This document shows, in pieces, positions 54,030 through 61,446 of a stretch of 64,000 bases of DNA. Every line of letters begins with the position of its first letter. The first letter of the stretch is position 1. The DNA is from Candidatus Aenigmatarchaeota archaeon. Lineage in GTDB: Archaea > Aenigmatarchaeota > Aenigmatarchaeia > GW2011-AR5. Where the stretch lies: assembly GCA_016187335.1 (NCBI GenBank), contig JACPJW010000001.1, positions 512,001 to 576,000 of the forward strand, read 5' to 3'. A program made the translations under genes and the position numbers. Under the pieces are notes generated by a model. That model was given only the letters and a program-made list of their open reading frames with translations. It ran no database searches and had not been told where the DNA came from.

Positions 54030-54944
54030 ATGAAAGGAATTTACCATCATTTACCAGACCCTAGAATAATAGAAGAAATAGCCGAGCTAAACAAAAATAA
54101 ATCAATTGAAAATCCAGATTTATTTTCTCCGAAATCAGATAGATATAAGATAGAAAGAGTGGTTCATAACACCTTGTTTGATTGGAATGATGAAAGAAAA
54201 CTATGGCTTGTCAAGAAGTCGGCTGGATTTGATGACATTGAAAATTATTTACATGCTTATGCAATACACAGAGCTAATAATCAGTTAAACGAAGCATGTA
54301 ATAAATTATGGCCATGCTTAGAATTCATAAATGCAATTTCTAAAAAGATATCACTTGAAACAAATTATCCAAGAATAGGATCGAAATTTCAAAGAGAATT
54401 CACAGCTGGAACTACGATTCCTAATTTATATTACTCTCATCTTTCGTCTCTTCTAGCTATTATGTCTACATTCGGATTTATTTCTATATATTTGAGACCA
54501 AATAGATTTTACAATTTAATAAGAACACCTGATGGTTGGAAATTATATGAACGTAAGAAATACATGAAAGAAATATGTTGTAAAAACACAAAAGGATGGC
54601 ATTATCAATTAATTGACTTATACGAATTTCTTATGAATAATTTAGAAGGTTTCCCACAAACTGACTTATCTAAATCAATACAATTATTAGATTACAGAAA
54701 TCAATCTCAGTATGATGTATTGGGAGGTGTTTCTGTAAGTGCTTCAATGGGATTTAACTTAGTTTTTCGTTATATGCCATTTATTTTCAATACATTGGCA
54801 ACTGCTTTTAGAATAATCAAAAAATCTCATTCTATAACAAATTATAGCGATTCGAGATTTGAAGAATTATGTGAAAAACTACCTCAATTATATGAGAACT
54901 ATTACAAAGAGTTTCCAAAGAATGATTATGATTTAGAAATTTAG
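54030..54944 (+). CDS. HEPN-like (UPF0332-type) protein, strongly AT-rich
   Basis: NLYYSHLSSLLAI, KGWH, YRNQSQYD follow the YY..H..R....Y pattern of HEPN domains. Confidence 0.5.
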   Translation: MKGIYHHLPDPRIIEEIAELNKNKSIENPDLFSPKSDRYKIERVVHNTLFDWNDERKLWLVKKSAGFDDIENYLHAYAIHRANNQLNEACNKLWPCLEFINAISKKISLETNYPRIGSKFQREFTAGTTIPNLYYSHLSSLLAIMSTFGFISIYLRPNRFYNLIRTPDGWKLYERKKYMKEICCKNTKGWHYQLIDLYEFLMNNLEGFPQTDLSKSIQLLDYRNQSQYDVLGGVSVSASMGFNLVFRYMPFIFNTLATAFRIIKKSHSITNYSDSRFEELCEKLPQLYENYYKEFPKNDYDLEI

Positions 54945-54950
54945 TTTCTG

Positions 54951-56480
54951 TTATTTCACGAAATCCTTCAGCGTTCCTTTCTTCTGCGTATGCTGCATCC
55001 CGTAAAGAATCCCGTGCATCTTCCTTTCCTTCTGGTGGCCGGACCAGTAATATGCCTCGTCCCTGCTGTCCTTTGTCATGAGCACGACAACCTTTCCCGG
55101 CTTCGTCCTTGCGGTGCGGCCGGCGCGCTGTATGCTTCTTACGGCCGACGGAATGGGCTCGTAGAAGACCACGGCAGATGTTTCTGCGATATCAAGCCCT
55201 TCCTCGCCTATCTGGGAAGCAATAAGAATGTTGTGGAATCCCATGCTGAATTCATTAAGAATCTGCAGCTGCTCTTTCTGGCTCATGCCTTTGCCTTTCT
55301 TCTTCGCCTGTCCGATGAACTCTACGGGGGCGGCTCCCTTTATATCTGATAAAGATTCTCTTATTCTTTCTATGGTATCGCGGAGCTGCGCAAATATTAT
55401 GATGCGCGCATCTTTGTCGTTAAGTTCTTCTGCAATGAAGCCGCGCAGCGCTGCAATCTTCGGATGCTCCTTGCCTTCGCTGAGCAGCTCATTAGTCAGG
55501 CGCATCGCGTTCCTGAAATCTGTGCTTGCCAGAAGCCTCTGCGACGCCTTGCTTTTTTCATTAAGCATCTTGTCGAAATACTTCTGCAGCGAATAGAGGC
55601 ACTGCGTTTCCAGCAGCATCAACGAATGGTCAGTCTTGATAACCTCGGCGATCACAGACATTGCCGCGTAGCCGAAGCCTGTTTTCCGCTTCGCCAGGTC
55701 GTTTTGCAGCTTCAGCAGATCCGACTTTGAAGGCCGCGGATAACTGATTATCTTCCATGAAAGCAGCTTGCTTATCCTTTCGCCGCGTATCCTCTCTAAA
55801 TAATTCCTTATCGTCTTCATTTCCGTTGGCAGCTCTACCTTTATCCAGTCCCTGCTCACCTGCTGCACATAAGGCTTTACGTCGCTGTCTTCCCTTGTGC
55901 GTATCTCAACGTTTTTTATGAACAGCCTGTTTTTTACCTCGTTTATCTTTTCCCTTCTTCCGCCCGGCGACGCTGTCAGCGCGAGGATTAAAGGACTTTT
56001 TGACTGCTCCACGTATTTCTTCGCAACAAAAGGGTAGGCGTAGTTGCCAACGGAGCGGTGCGCCTCGTCGAAGATGCATAGAATGAAGTCATCAAGCTTT
56101 ATGGAACGGTTCTTGAGGTCATTCTGTATCGTCTGGGGCGTCGAGAAAATTATGTCCGCGTCCCTGTAAAGGTAAACCCGGTTTTCAGGCATGTCCTCGC
56201 CGGTGATGACCTTCATTTTCAGGCCTGCCTTGAAATATTTTTCAAAATTCTTCTTGTGCTGGCTGACCAGTGGTCTTGTTGGGGCAAGGAAAAGAATTTT
56301 ACCGTTCCTGTCCTTGTCAAGCCTGTGCGCAGCAACGATTGCTGATATGTTTGTCTTGCCCAGGCCTGTGGGAAGCACGCATAGTGTGTTGCCGGTTAGA
56401 GCCGCTTTCGTTATTTTTTCCTGGTATTCGCGGTATTCTATTATACCTTCATTAAGCCAGGGGTTGGAGACAAAAGTCAT
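54951..56480 (-). CDS. hef: SF2 DEAH helicase, FANCM/Mph1-like (N-terminal half of Hef)
   Basis: LPTGLGKT, DEAHR..GNYAY, TASPG, IGEEGLDI, QRAGRTAR. Confidence 0.93.
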   Translation of the reverse strand: MTFVSNPWLNEGIIEYREYQEKITKAALTGNTLCVLPTGLGKTNISAIVAAHRLDKDRNGKILFLAPTRPLVSQHKKNFEKYFKAGLKMKVITGEDMPENRVYLYRDADIIFSTPQTIQNDLKNRSIKLDDFILCIFDEAHRSVGNYAYPFVAKKYVEQSKSPLILALTASPGGRREKINEVKNRLFIKNVEIRTREDSDVKPYVQQVSRDWIKVELPTEMKTIRNYLERIRGERISKLLSWKIISYPRPSKSDLLKLQNDLAKRKTGFGYAAMSVIAEVIKTDHSLMLLETQCLYSLQKYFDKMLNEKSKASQRLLASTDFRNAMRLTNELLSEGKEHPKIAALRGFIAEELNDKDARIIIFAQLRDTIERIRESLSDIKGAAPVEFIGQAKKKGKGMSQKEQLQILNEFSMGFHNILIASQIGEEGLDIAETSAVVFYEPIPSAVRSIQRAGRTARTKPGKVVVLMTKDSRDEAYYWSGHQKERKMHGILYGMQHTQKKGTLKDFVK

Positions 56481-56522
56481 AATGCACTATCAGTGAGAAT
56501 CAAATAAAAGCCTTCCATTCTG

Positions 56523-56813
56523 CTAAATTCCCATCATCGCTTTCAGTTCCTCCGAAGGCTGCCACGGAGGGTCAAATGTGAGGTCGACTTCCACAGCGGT
56601 CACGCCTTCAACGGCAGCGACCCTGGATTTCAGGTCGCTTATCAGTTCAGGCCCGTAAGGGCAGAAAGGGGTGGTTAATGTCATTTTTACGTAAACGCTG
56701 CCGTCTTTACGCAGCTGAAGGTCATAGATAAGACCTAAAGTCCATATATCTATTCCTATTTCCGGGTCAATGCATCCCTTTATCGCTTCTATGACCTGCT
56801 CTTTCTCGGGCAT
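56523..56813 (-). CDS. Metal-sulfur cluster assembly factor (DUF59/SufT)
   Basis: CIDPEIGIDIWTLGLIY, TLTTPFCP, FDPPW. Confidence 0.92.
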   Translation of the reverse strand: MPEKEQVIEAIKGCIDPEIGIDIWTLGLIYDLQLRKDGSVYVKMTLTTPFCPYGPELISDLKSRVAAVEGVTAVEVDLTFDPPWQPSEELKAMMGI

Positions 56814-56829
56814 GTTATCAATAATTGTT

Positions 56830-57095
56830 AGGACGGAAAGATATTAGAAAGTTTTTCGTTCTGAAACTCCGGCGGCAAAAACAGAACTTTCCATTTCCAG
56901 TTTACTTATTTATACAAGGAGAATACCACTGTTTTCAAACAGTGGTATTATAATAGTATTCTCCTGTACAATGAGAAGCTTTGCTTCTCATGTACGCATA
57001 AACCTTCGGTTTATGCTGTATAAAAGAATCCACTAATTGTATAGGTGGTATTTCACAGAAATACCACCATCTTTAGATGGTGGGTTCTTTTTATA
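56830..57095. repeat. Hairpin-dense intergenic region with nested inserts
   Basis: At least six hairpins, e.g. AATACCACTGTTT/AAACAGTGGTATT, GAGAAGC-TTT-GCTTCTC, GCATAAACC-TTC-GGTTTATGC, GGTGGTATTT-CACAG-AAATACCACC. Confidence 0.75.
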
Positions 57096-57117
57096 AGCCG
57101 TTTGACAAATTACAATT

Positions 57118-58473
57118 ATGCCCAGCATGGAAAAAATAAAATCCTCGGTTCTGGCAAAGATAAAGCCGGCAAAGGCAGAGGAGGAAAAAGTCCGCAGCTT
57201 TGTCACGCAGTTGATGAGGGTGGCGAAGACAATAAGCGGTCTTGACTGCGTTATCGTCGGCTCCATAGGCAAATCCACGTGGCTGCGCGGCGACCACGAC
57301 ATTGACTTGTTCATGATGTTTCCGAAGGACGTGCCCAGGAGCGATTTGGAGAAGAAAGGCCTGGAGTTCGGCAAAAGGATTATCAAGGAAATGAAAGGCC
57401 GCTTTGAAATAAAATATTCAGAGCACCCATACGTCCACGGATATGTAAAAGGCTTCATTATCGACGTTGTGCCCTGCTACAGAATAGTCAGGGGCGAGAA
57501 AATCATATCGGCCGTTGACCGCTCGCCGCTGCACCTTGAGCATATCCTCAGCAACCTGAAGCAGCATGATGACGTAAGGCTGCTGAAGCAGTTCTGCAAG
57601 GGCGCCGGGATTTACGGCTCTGACGTCGTGATGCAGGGCATTTCTGGCTATATCTGTGAATTGCTGGTTCTGAGGTACGGTTCCTTCGAAGCTACGCTGG
57701 GAGCCGCATCGGCATGGGAAGCAGGAATCGTCGTCTCGCTTGACAGCCGGATTCACGACAGAAAGCAGTTTTACAACCAGCCGCTGGTGCTTATAGACCC
57801 CATAGATTCCGGCAGGAACGTGGCTGCGAACCTGAGCCATGAGAATTTTGTCCGCTTCGTTCTGGCTGCAAAAAGATTTTTACAAAAGCCTTCCGAAATC
57901 TTTTTCTGGTATCAGGAACCGCATGCACTGTCAAAAAAGCAGCTGTCACTGCTCAAGGCAAGGGGCACTCATTTTGTTGCATTGCAGATGAAAAGGCCGG
58001 ATGTCGTTGACGACATACTTTACCCGCAGCTGCGCCGTTCCGTCAAGAGGATGGAAACGCTTCTGAAGCACAATGATTTCATTATGCTGCGGTCCTTTGA
58101 GCATGTCGGCAGGGAAATGTTCGTGGTTTTTGAGATGGTTTCAGGAACGCTGCCGAACGTCAAAAAGATGGTCGGCCCGCCGATGTTTTCCAGGAAGCAT
58201 TCCCGTGAATTTCTGGAAAAATACAAAAAAGCGGGTTATGGTCCTTACCTGGAAGGCGAATACTGGGTCATTGAGAAGAAGCGTGACTTTGTGACAGCTG
58301 AAGCGCTGCTGAAGCATTTCTGCAAGCAAAGAAATTTAGAAGCAGCGGGCATCCCTGACAACGTGGCGAAGGCGATGAAGAAATGCAGGGTTGTTGACGC
58401 ACTGGACGCCGCGAAGAAAAACAAGGGTCTTTCTTCTTTCCTTAACAGGAAGTATTTCGAAAGGCTGGGTTAA
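57118..58473 (+). CDS. cca: Archaeal class I CCA-adding enzyme
   Basis: GSIGKSTWLRGDHDIDLF, YSEHPYV, DVVPCY, AVDRSPLH, GISGYICELL. Confidence 0.95.
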   Translation: MPSMEKIKSSVLAKIKPAKAEEEKVRSFVTQLMRVAKTISGLDCVIVGSIGKSTWLRGDHDIDLFMMFPKDVPRSDLEKKGLEFGKRIIKEMKGRFEIKYSEHPYVHGYVKGFIIDVVPCYRIVRGEKIISAVDRSPLHLEHILSNLKQHDDVRLLKQFCKGAGIYGSDVVMQGISGYICELLVLRYGSFEATLGAASAWEAGIVVSLDSRIHDRKQFYNQPLVLIDPIDSGRNVAANLSHENFVRFVLAAKRFLQKPSEIFFWYQEPHALSKKQLSLLKARGTHFVALQMKRPDVVDDILYPQLRRSVKRMETLLKHNDFIMLRSFEHVGREMFVVFEMVSGTLPNVKKMVGPPMFSRKHSREFLEKYKKAGYGPYLEGEYWVIEKKRDFVTAEALLKHFCKQRNLEAAGIPDNVAKAMKKCRVVDALDAAKKNKGLSSFLNRKYFERLG

Positions 58474-58505
58474 AGAATTTTAAGAAGTTAAATAAAAGTA
58501 AATAA

Positions 58506-58805
58506 AGTGATAGTGATGCCCTCCCAATTTATAATGCGGATTCTGAAATCTCATTAGTCAGATTTTTCTATGGTAAGGTTTGTTCAAGGTATGATTTTAT
58601 TCTTGAGCATATTCGGAAGCATAAGATAAGCATAAGCCCTCTCGAATATCTCAAAATAGCGGATTATGCGGCTCACTATTGGTGGAATGGAGGAGTCAGA
58701 ACGGAAATTAATGGAAAGTGCTGGTTCGTCGTTTTTAGAGGTTCAATAGAGTATGATGGCAAAGAGTATTATATTGTGCGAAGTGTGCGCCGCACTCGAT
58801 GGTAA
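58506..58805 (+). pseudogene. AT-rich 99-codon open frame lacking an in-frame start; possible frameshifted orphan
   Basis: ATG at 58516 with a GTGA SD is out of frame with the long frame. Confidence 0.35.
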
Positions 58806-59141
58806 TTACTCAGCCGCGGCTTCCCTGTGAACCTTAGCCGATGTAGGGCATACAAGCAGCCAGTCGTCGCCGATTCCGGCAATATCGCCGTTCATCGCCA
58901 GGGCTGTTTTCTTTATCCTTTCAACCGCCCTTTTCAGTTCCTCCAGATCCTTGTCCCGCAGGTCCTTGATTTTCACAATCATTATGTAGCCCTCGCGGAG
59001 CTTTTTCTGGATTCTGTCAGAATCAGCGATGTTGCCGATGCGCTCTACCTGGACTATAATTTTCTTCTCGTCTTCCATCTCCGGCGATTGCTCCAGCTCG
59101 ACGTAATCCTCTTCGCCGCGGAACTTGTCGAATATTCCCAT
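58806..59141 (-). CDS. sepF: Cell division protein SepF
   Basis: KKLREGYIMIVKI..L...EELKRAVERIK.....MNGDIAGIGDDWLLVCP. Confidence 0.88.
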   Translation of the reverse strand: MGIFDKFRGEEDYVELEQSPEMEDEKKIIVQVERIGNIADSDRIQKKLREGYIMIVKIKDLRDKDLEELKRAVERIKKTALAMNGDIAGIGDDWLLVCPTSAKVHREAAAE

Positions 59142-59276
59142 GATGCCACCTTAATCAATGTGTATATAATCTCGCAGCCTGTATTTAAAATTTTTACGAG
59201 AAACAGCGCAAAGTATAAGTAATGGCTCCGTGATGGGAGGGTGATTTTGGCAGAACTAATTATTCATTTCTTGGAT

Positions 59277-59573
59277 TTAATCCGCCTTTTTCTTCAGGCT
59301 CTCGTTCATTATCTCCAGCATGGACACGATGTTCCATATATGCGTCCTTGTGTAAGTGGGGATGTTGGTGTCGTTGGAGACTTCGTCTAGAATGGATATG
59401 GCCGTATTGATTCTTACGTTGGGCTCCTGCTTCCCGTCGTTGAGGCTTTTCTTGGCTTCTGCAACCATGTTTCTTATGTTTCTCGGGACGCTCCTGTCGT
59501 TGTTTATCTCGTCGAGCAGCCTGTTTATCGGTTCCACGTCCATAATCATCGCCATCGTCGAAGCGTCTTTCAT
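59277..59573 (-). CDS. UPF0147 family protein
   Basis: DRSVPRNIR, AISILDEVSND.NIP.YTRTHIWNIVS.LE. Confidence 0.9.
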   Translation of the reverse strand: MKDASTMAMIMDVEPINRLLDEINNDRSVPRNIRNMVAEAKKSLNDGKQEPNVRINTAISILDEVSNDTNIPTYTRTHIWNIVSMLEIMNESLKKKAD

Positions 59574-59662
59574 GATTTTTCCGGTTGATTTTTATTCTTC
59601 AGAACTTGATTACCACGATATTTTTTAAACTTAGTCTCTGTTCAGATTCTCCGCCTTTGCAG

Positions 59663-59995
59663 TCATCCGCCCTGGTGCAGGGACTGGAATTTCTCCTGGC
59701 CCTCTTTCATCAGAGACTTCAGCCTGCTTTCCTGCTTTTCCAGAGACTTGATTTTCAGCTCCATTTCCTCTTTCTGCTCTTCCAGATCCTTCTTTACCTT
59801 TTCCTTGTCAGCCTTCACGAGAATGGGCCCCACGGACCTGTATATTTCTTCGCTGTCTTCCCTGCTTATTTCCTCCAGGGCCTTCTCAATCTCTTTTGTC
59901 TGTATGATAAGCGCCTGCTTCTGCATCATCACATTCTGCAGCTGCTGGTTCTGCATCTGCAGATGGCCTAAAAGCTCTTCGAGGTTTTCTGCCAT
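59663..59995 (-). CDS. pfdB: Prefoldin beta subunit
   Basis: QQLQNVMMQKQ, ALEEI, IYRSVGPILVK. Confidence 0.92.
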   Translation of the reverse strand: MAENLEELLGHLQMQNQQLQNVMMQKQALIIQTKEIEKALEEISREDSEEIYRSVGPILVKADKEKVKKDLEEQKEEMELKIKSLEKQESRLKSLMKEGQEKFQSLHQGG

Positions 59996-60108
59996 GTTAC
60001 CACTTTTATCAAATCATCAAACCGGAAGCGAATGTTAAAGTCCAGTTTCTTGGAATTAATTATATCATCACTTTTTCTTAATCCTGCTCTTCTTTACAAT
60101 CTTGTTTC

Positions 60109-60234
60109 TTACCGCGCCTTGACGCGCTTTTTGAAAACCGGCCGCGCTTTCACTATTATGCGGAACCCGCAGTAAGGGCATCTCACGCGGTCCTCCATCT
60201 CGAATTCTTTTCTGCACTTCATGCACACATACAT
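60109..60234 (-). CDS. rpo12: RNA polymerase subunit Rpo12 (RpoP), 41 aa, not in ORF track
   Basis: MYVCMKCRKEF...VRCPYCGFRIIVKARP...KRVKAR. Confidence 0.93.
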   Translation of the reverse strand: MYVCMKCRKEFEMEDRVRCPYCGFRIIVKARPVFKKRVKAR

Positions 60235-60245
60235 GAGCATCACCA

Positions 60246-60506
60246 TCAAACGATGAAAGCGAATCTGGGTTGTCGGTAAACTATCTGACCGCCATCGTCC
60301 TGCAGTTTGGCATAGATAACTCCTCTGTCAGGTTCGTAAGGTTTTCCTGTTAAAGCTTCCATAATTCCTTTTTGTAAACCTGTCCTTACCCCTTCATAAA
60401 TCGGGAATGCATTAATAGCATCTAGCCATGTCATAACCTTTGCATCTTTTCTTGGCATTTGTCCTTCGACGCCAAGAACCCACCCTAATTTTCTCATCTT
60501 GCTCAC
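60246..60506 (-). CDS. Orphan protein inserted between rpl37ae and rpo12
   Basis: 86 aa, AT-richer, overlaps both neighbours. Confidence 0.6.
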   Translation of the reverse strand: MSKMRKLGWVLGVEGQMPRKDAKVMTWLDAINAFPIYEGVRTGLQKGIMEALTGKPYEPDRGVIYAKLQDDGGQIVYRQPRFAFIV

Positions 60507-60685
60507 GCCTTGAATTCATAGCTTCCTGAAGCGAACTTCACGCCGCACTTCCTGCAGCGCCATATGCCTGCCGCAGCTCTTTTTACAGCAGTCCTCGAGC
60601 ACTTCGGGCACTTGTATCTTTTCTTGGCTTTCTGCTTCGCAGCGGCAGCAGCTTTCCTTATCCTTTTTCCGTATCCGACTGGCAC
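60503..60685 (-). CDS. rpl37ae: 50S ribosomal protein L37Ae (eL43), short N-terminus
   Basis: YG..IRK, YKCPKC...[22 protein letters not shown]. Confidence 0.92.
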   Translation of the reverse strand: MPVGYGKRIRKAAAAAKQKAKKRYKCPKCSRTAVKRAAAGIWRCRKCGVKFASGSYEFKA

Positions 60686-60777
60686 AAAAACACCTTCATA
60701 TTTTTAGCAATAAGATTTCAATAGCAAACATTAAATACTGAGATAAAGCTTTTAAGTCTGGCTCCTTTACGGTAGCT

Positions 60778-61101
60778 GTGACGCAGGCAAGAAAAGTACA
60801 AAGTGTCAGGGATTTCATAGGATATTTAGGCAGGGCTGTCGGAATGCCGGTTTTTATTTACACACCTACTCATAATGGTGCAACAGCAGTTTTTCGCGAG
60901 AACTTGCCCATTTCAGGAATATTTGAAAGTTACCATGTCAGGACAGCGGATGAAGAAATCATAGGAAATTTGCTGATTATGGGTCCTGACGAAGATGGGA
61001 GAAGAAATATTTACTGCGTATTGGATTCTGCAAGGACTAGAAGGCATACCGAATTTGTCCACGGTATTTTGCTGCCCCAGAGGAAAGATGAACTTTTATA
61101 A
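60778..61101 (+). CDS. Orphan protein, paralog of 61142..61444
   Basis: FIGYLGRAVGMPVFIY...IIGNL...DGRRNI. Confidence 0.6.
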   Translation: MTQARKVQSVRDFIGYLGRAVGMPVFIYTPTHNGATAVFRENLPISGIFESYHVRTADEEIIGNLLIMGPDEDGRRNIYCVLDSARTRRHTEFVHGILLPQRKDELL

Positions 61102-61141
61102 ATGAAATAAGGCTTTTAAGTTTGCGTGGATTACACTTCTC

Positions 61142-61444
61142 ATGGACATTAGAGTAATAAATCCAGAAGTACGGAATCCAACGGAATTTTTGCCTTTCAT
61201 AGAAAGGTTAGTCGGGAAACCTGTTGCTATTTATCATCTGAACAAAGAACGGTATGGTGAAGAAGTTTCTCCGCAGGAACTATTGAATCTTCCTTCCCTT
61301 AGTAATGATTTTGGAGTGAGGGCTAGAGAAAAAAGCAAAGAAGTTTTAGGGAATTTGCGTTATGTAAAGCCGTCTGACGGCAGGAATGGTATTCTTCAGT
61401 ACAGAGGAAGATTTGGCGATATCGAAGCTGTCTGGCTTTCTTGA
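61142..61444 (+). CDS. Orphan protein, paralog of 60778..61101
   Basis: FLPFIERLVGKPVAIY...VLGNL...DGRNGI. Confidence 0.62.
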   Translation: MDIRVINPEVRNPTEFLPFIERLVGKPVAIYHLNKERYGEEVSPQELLNLPSLSNDFGVRAREKSKEVLGNLRYVKPSDGRNGILQYRGRFGDIEAVWLS

Positions 61445-61446
61445 CT

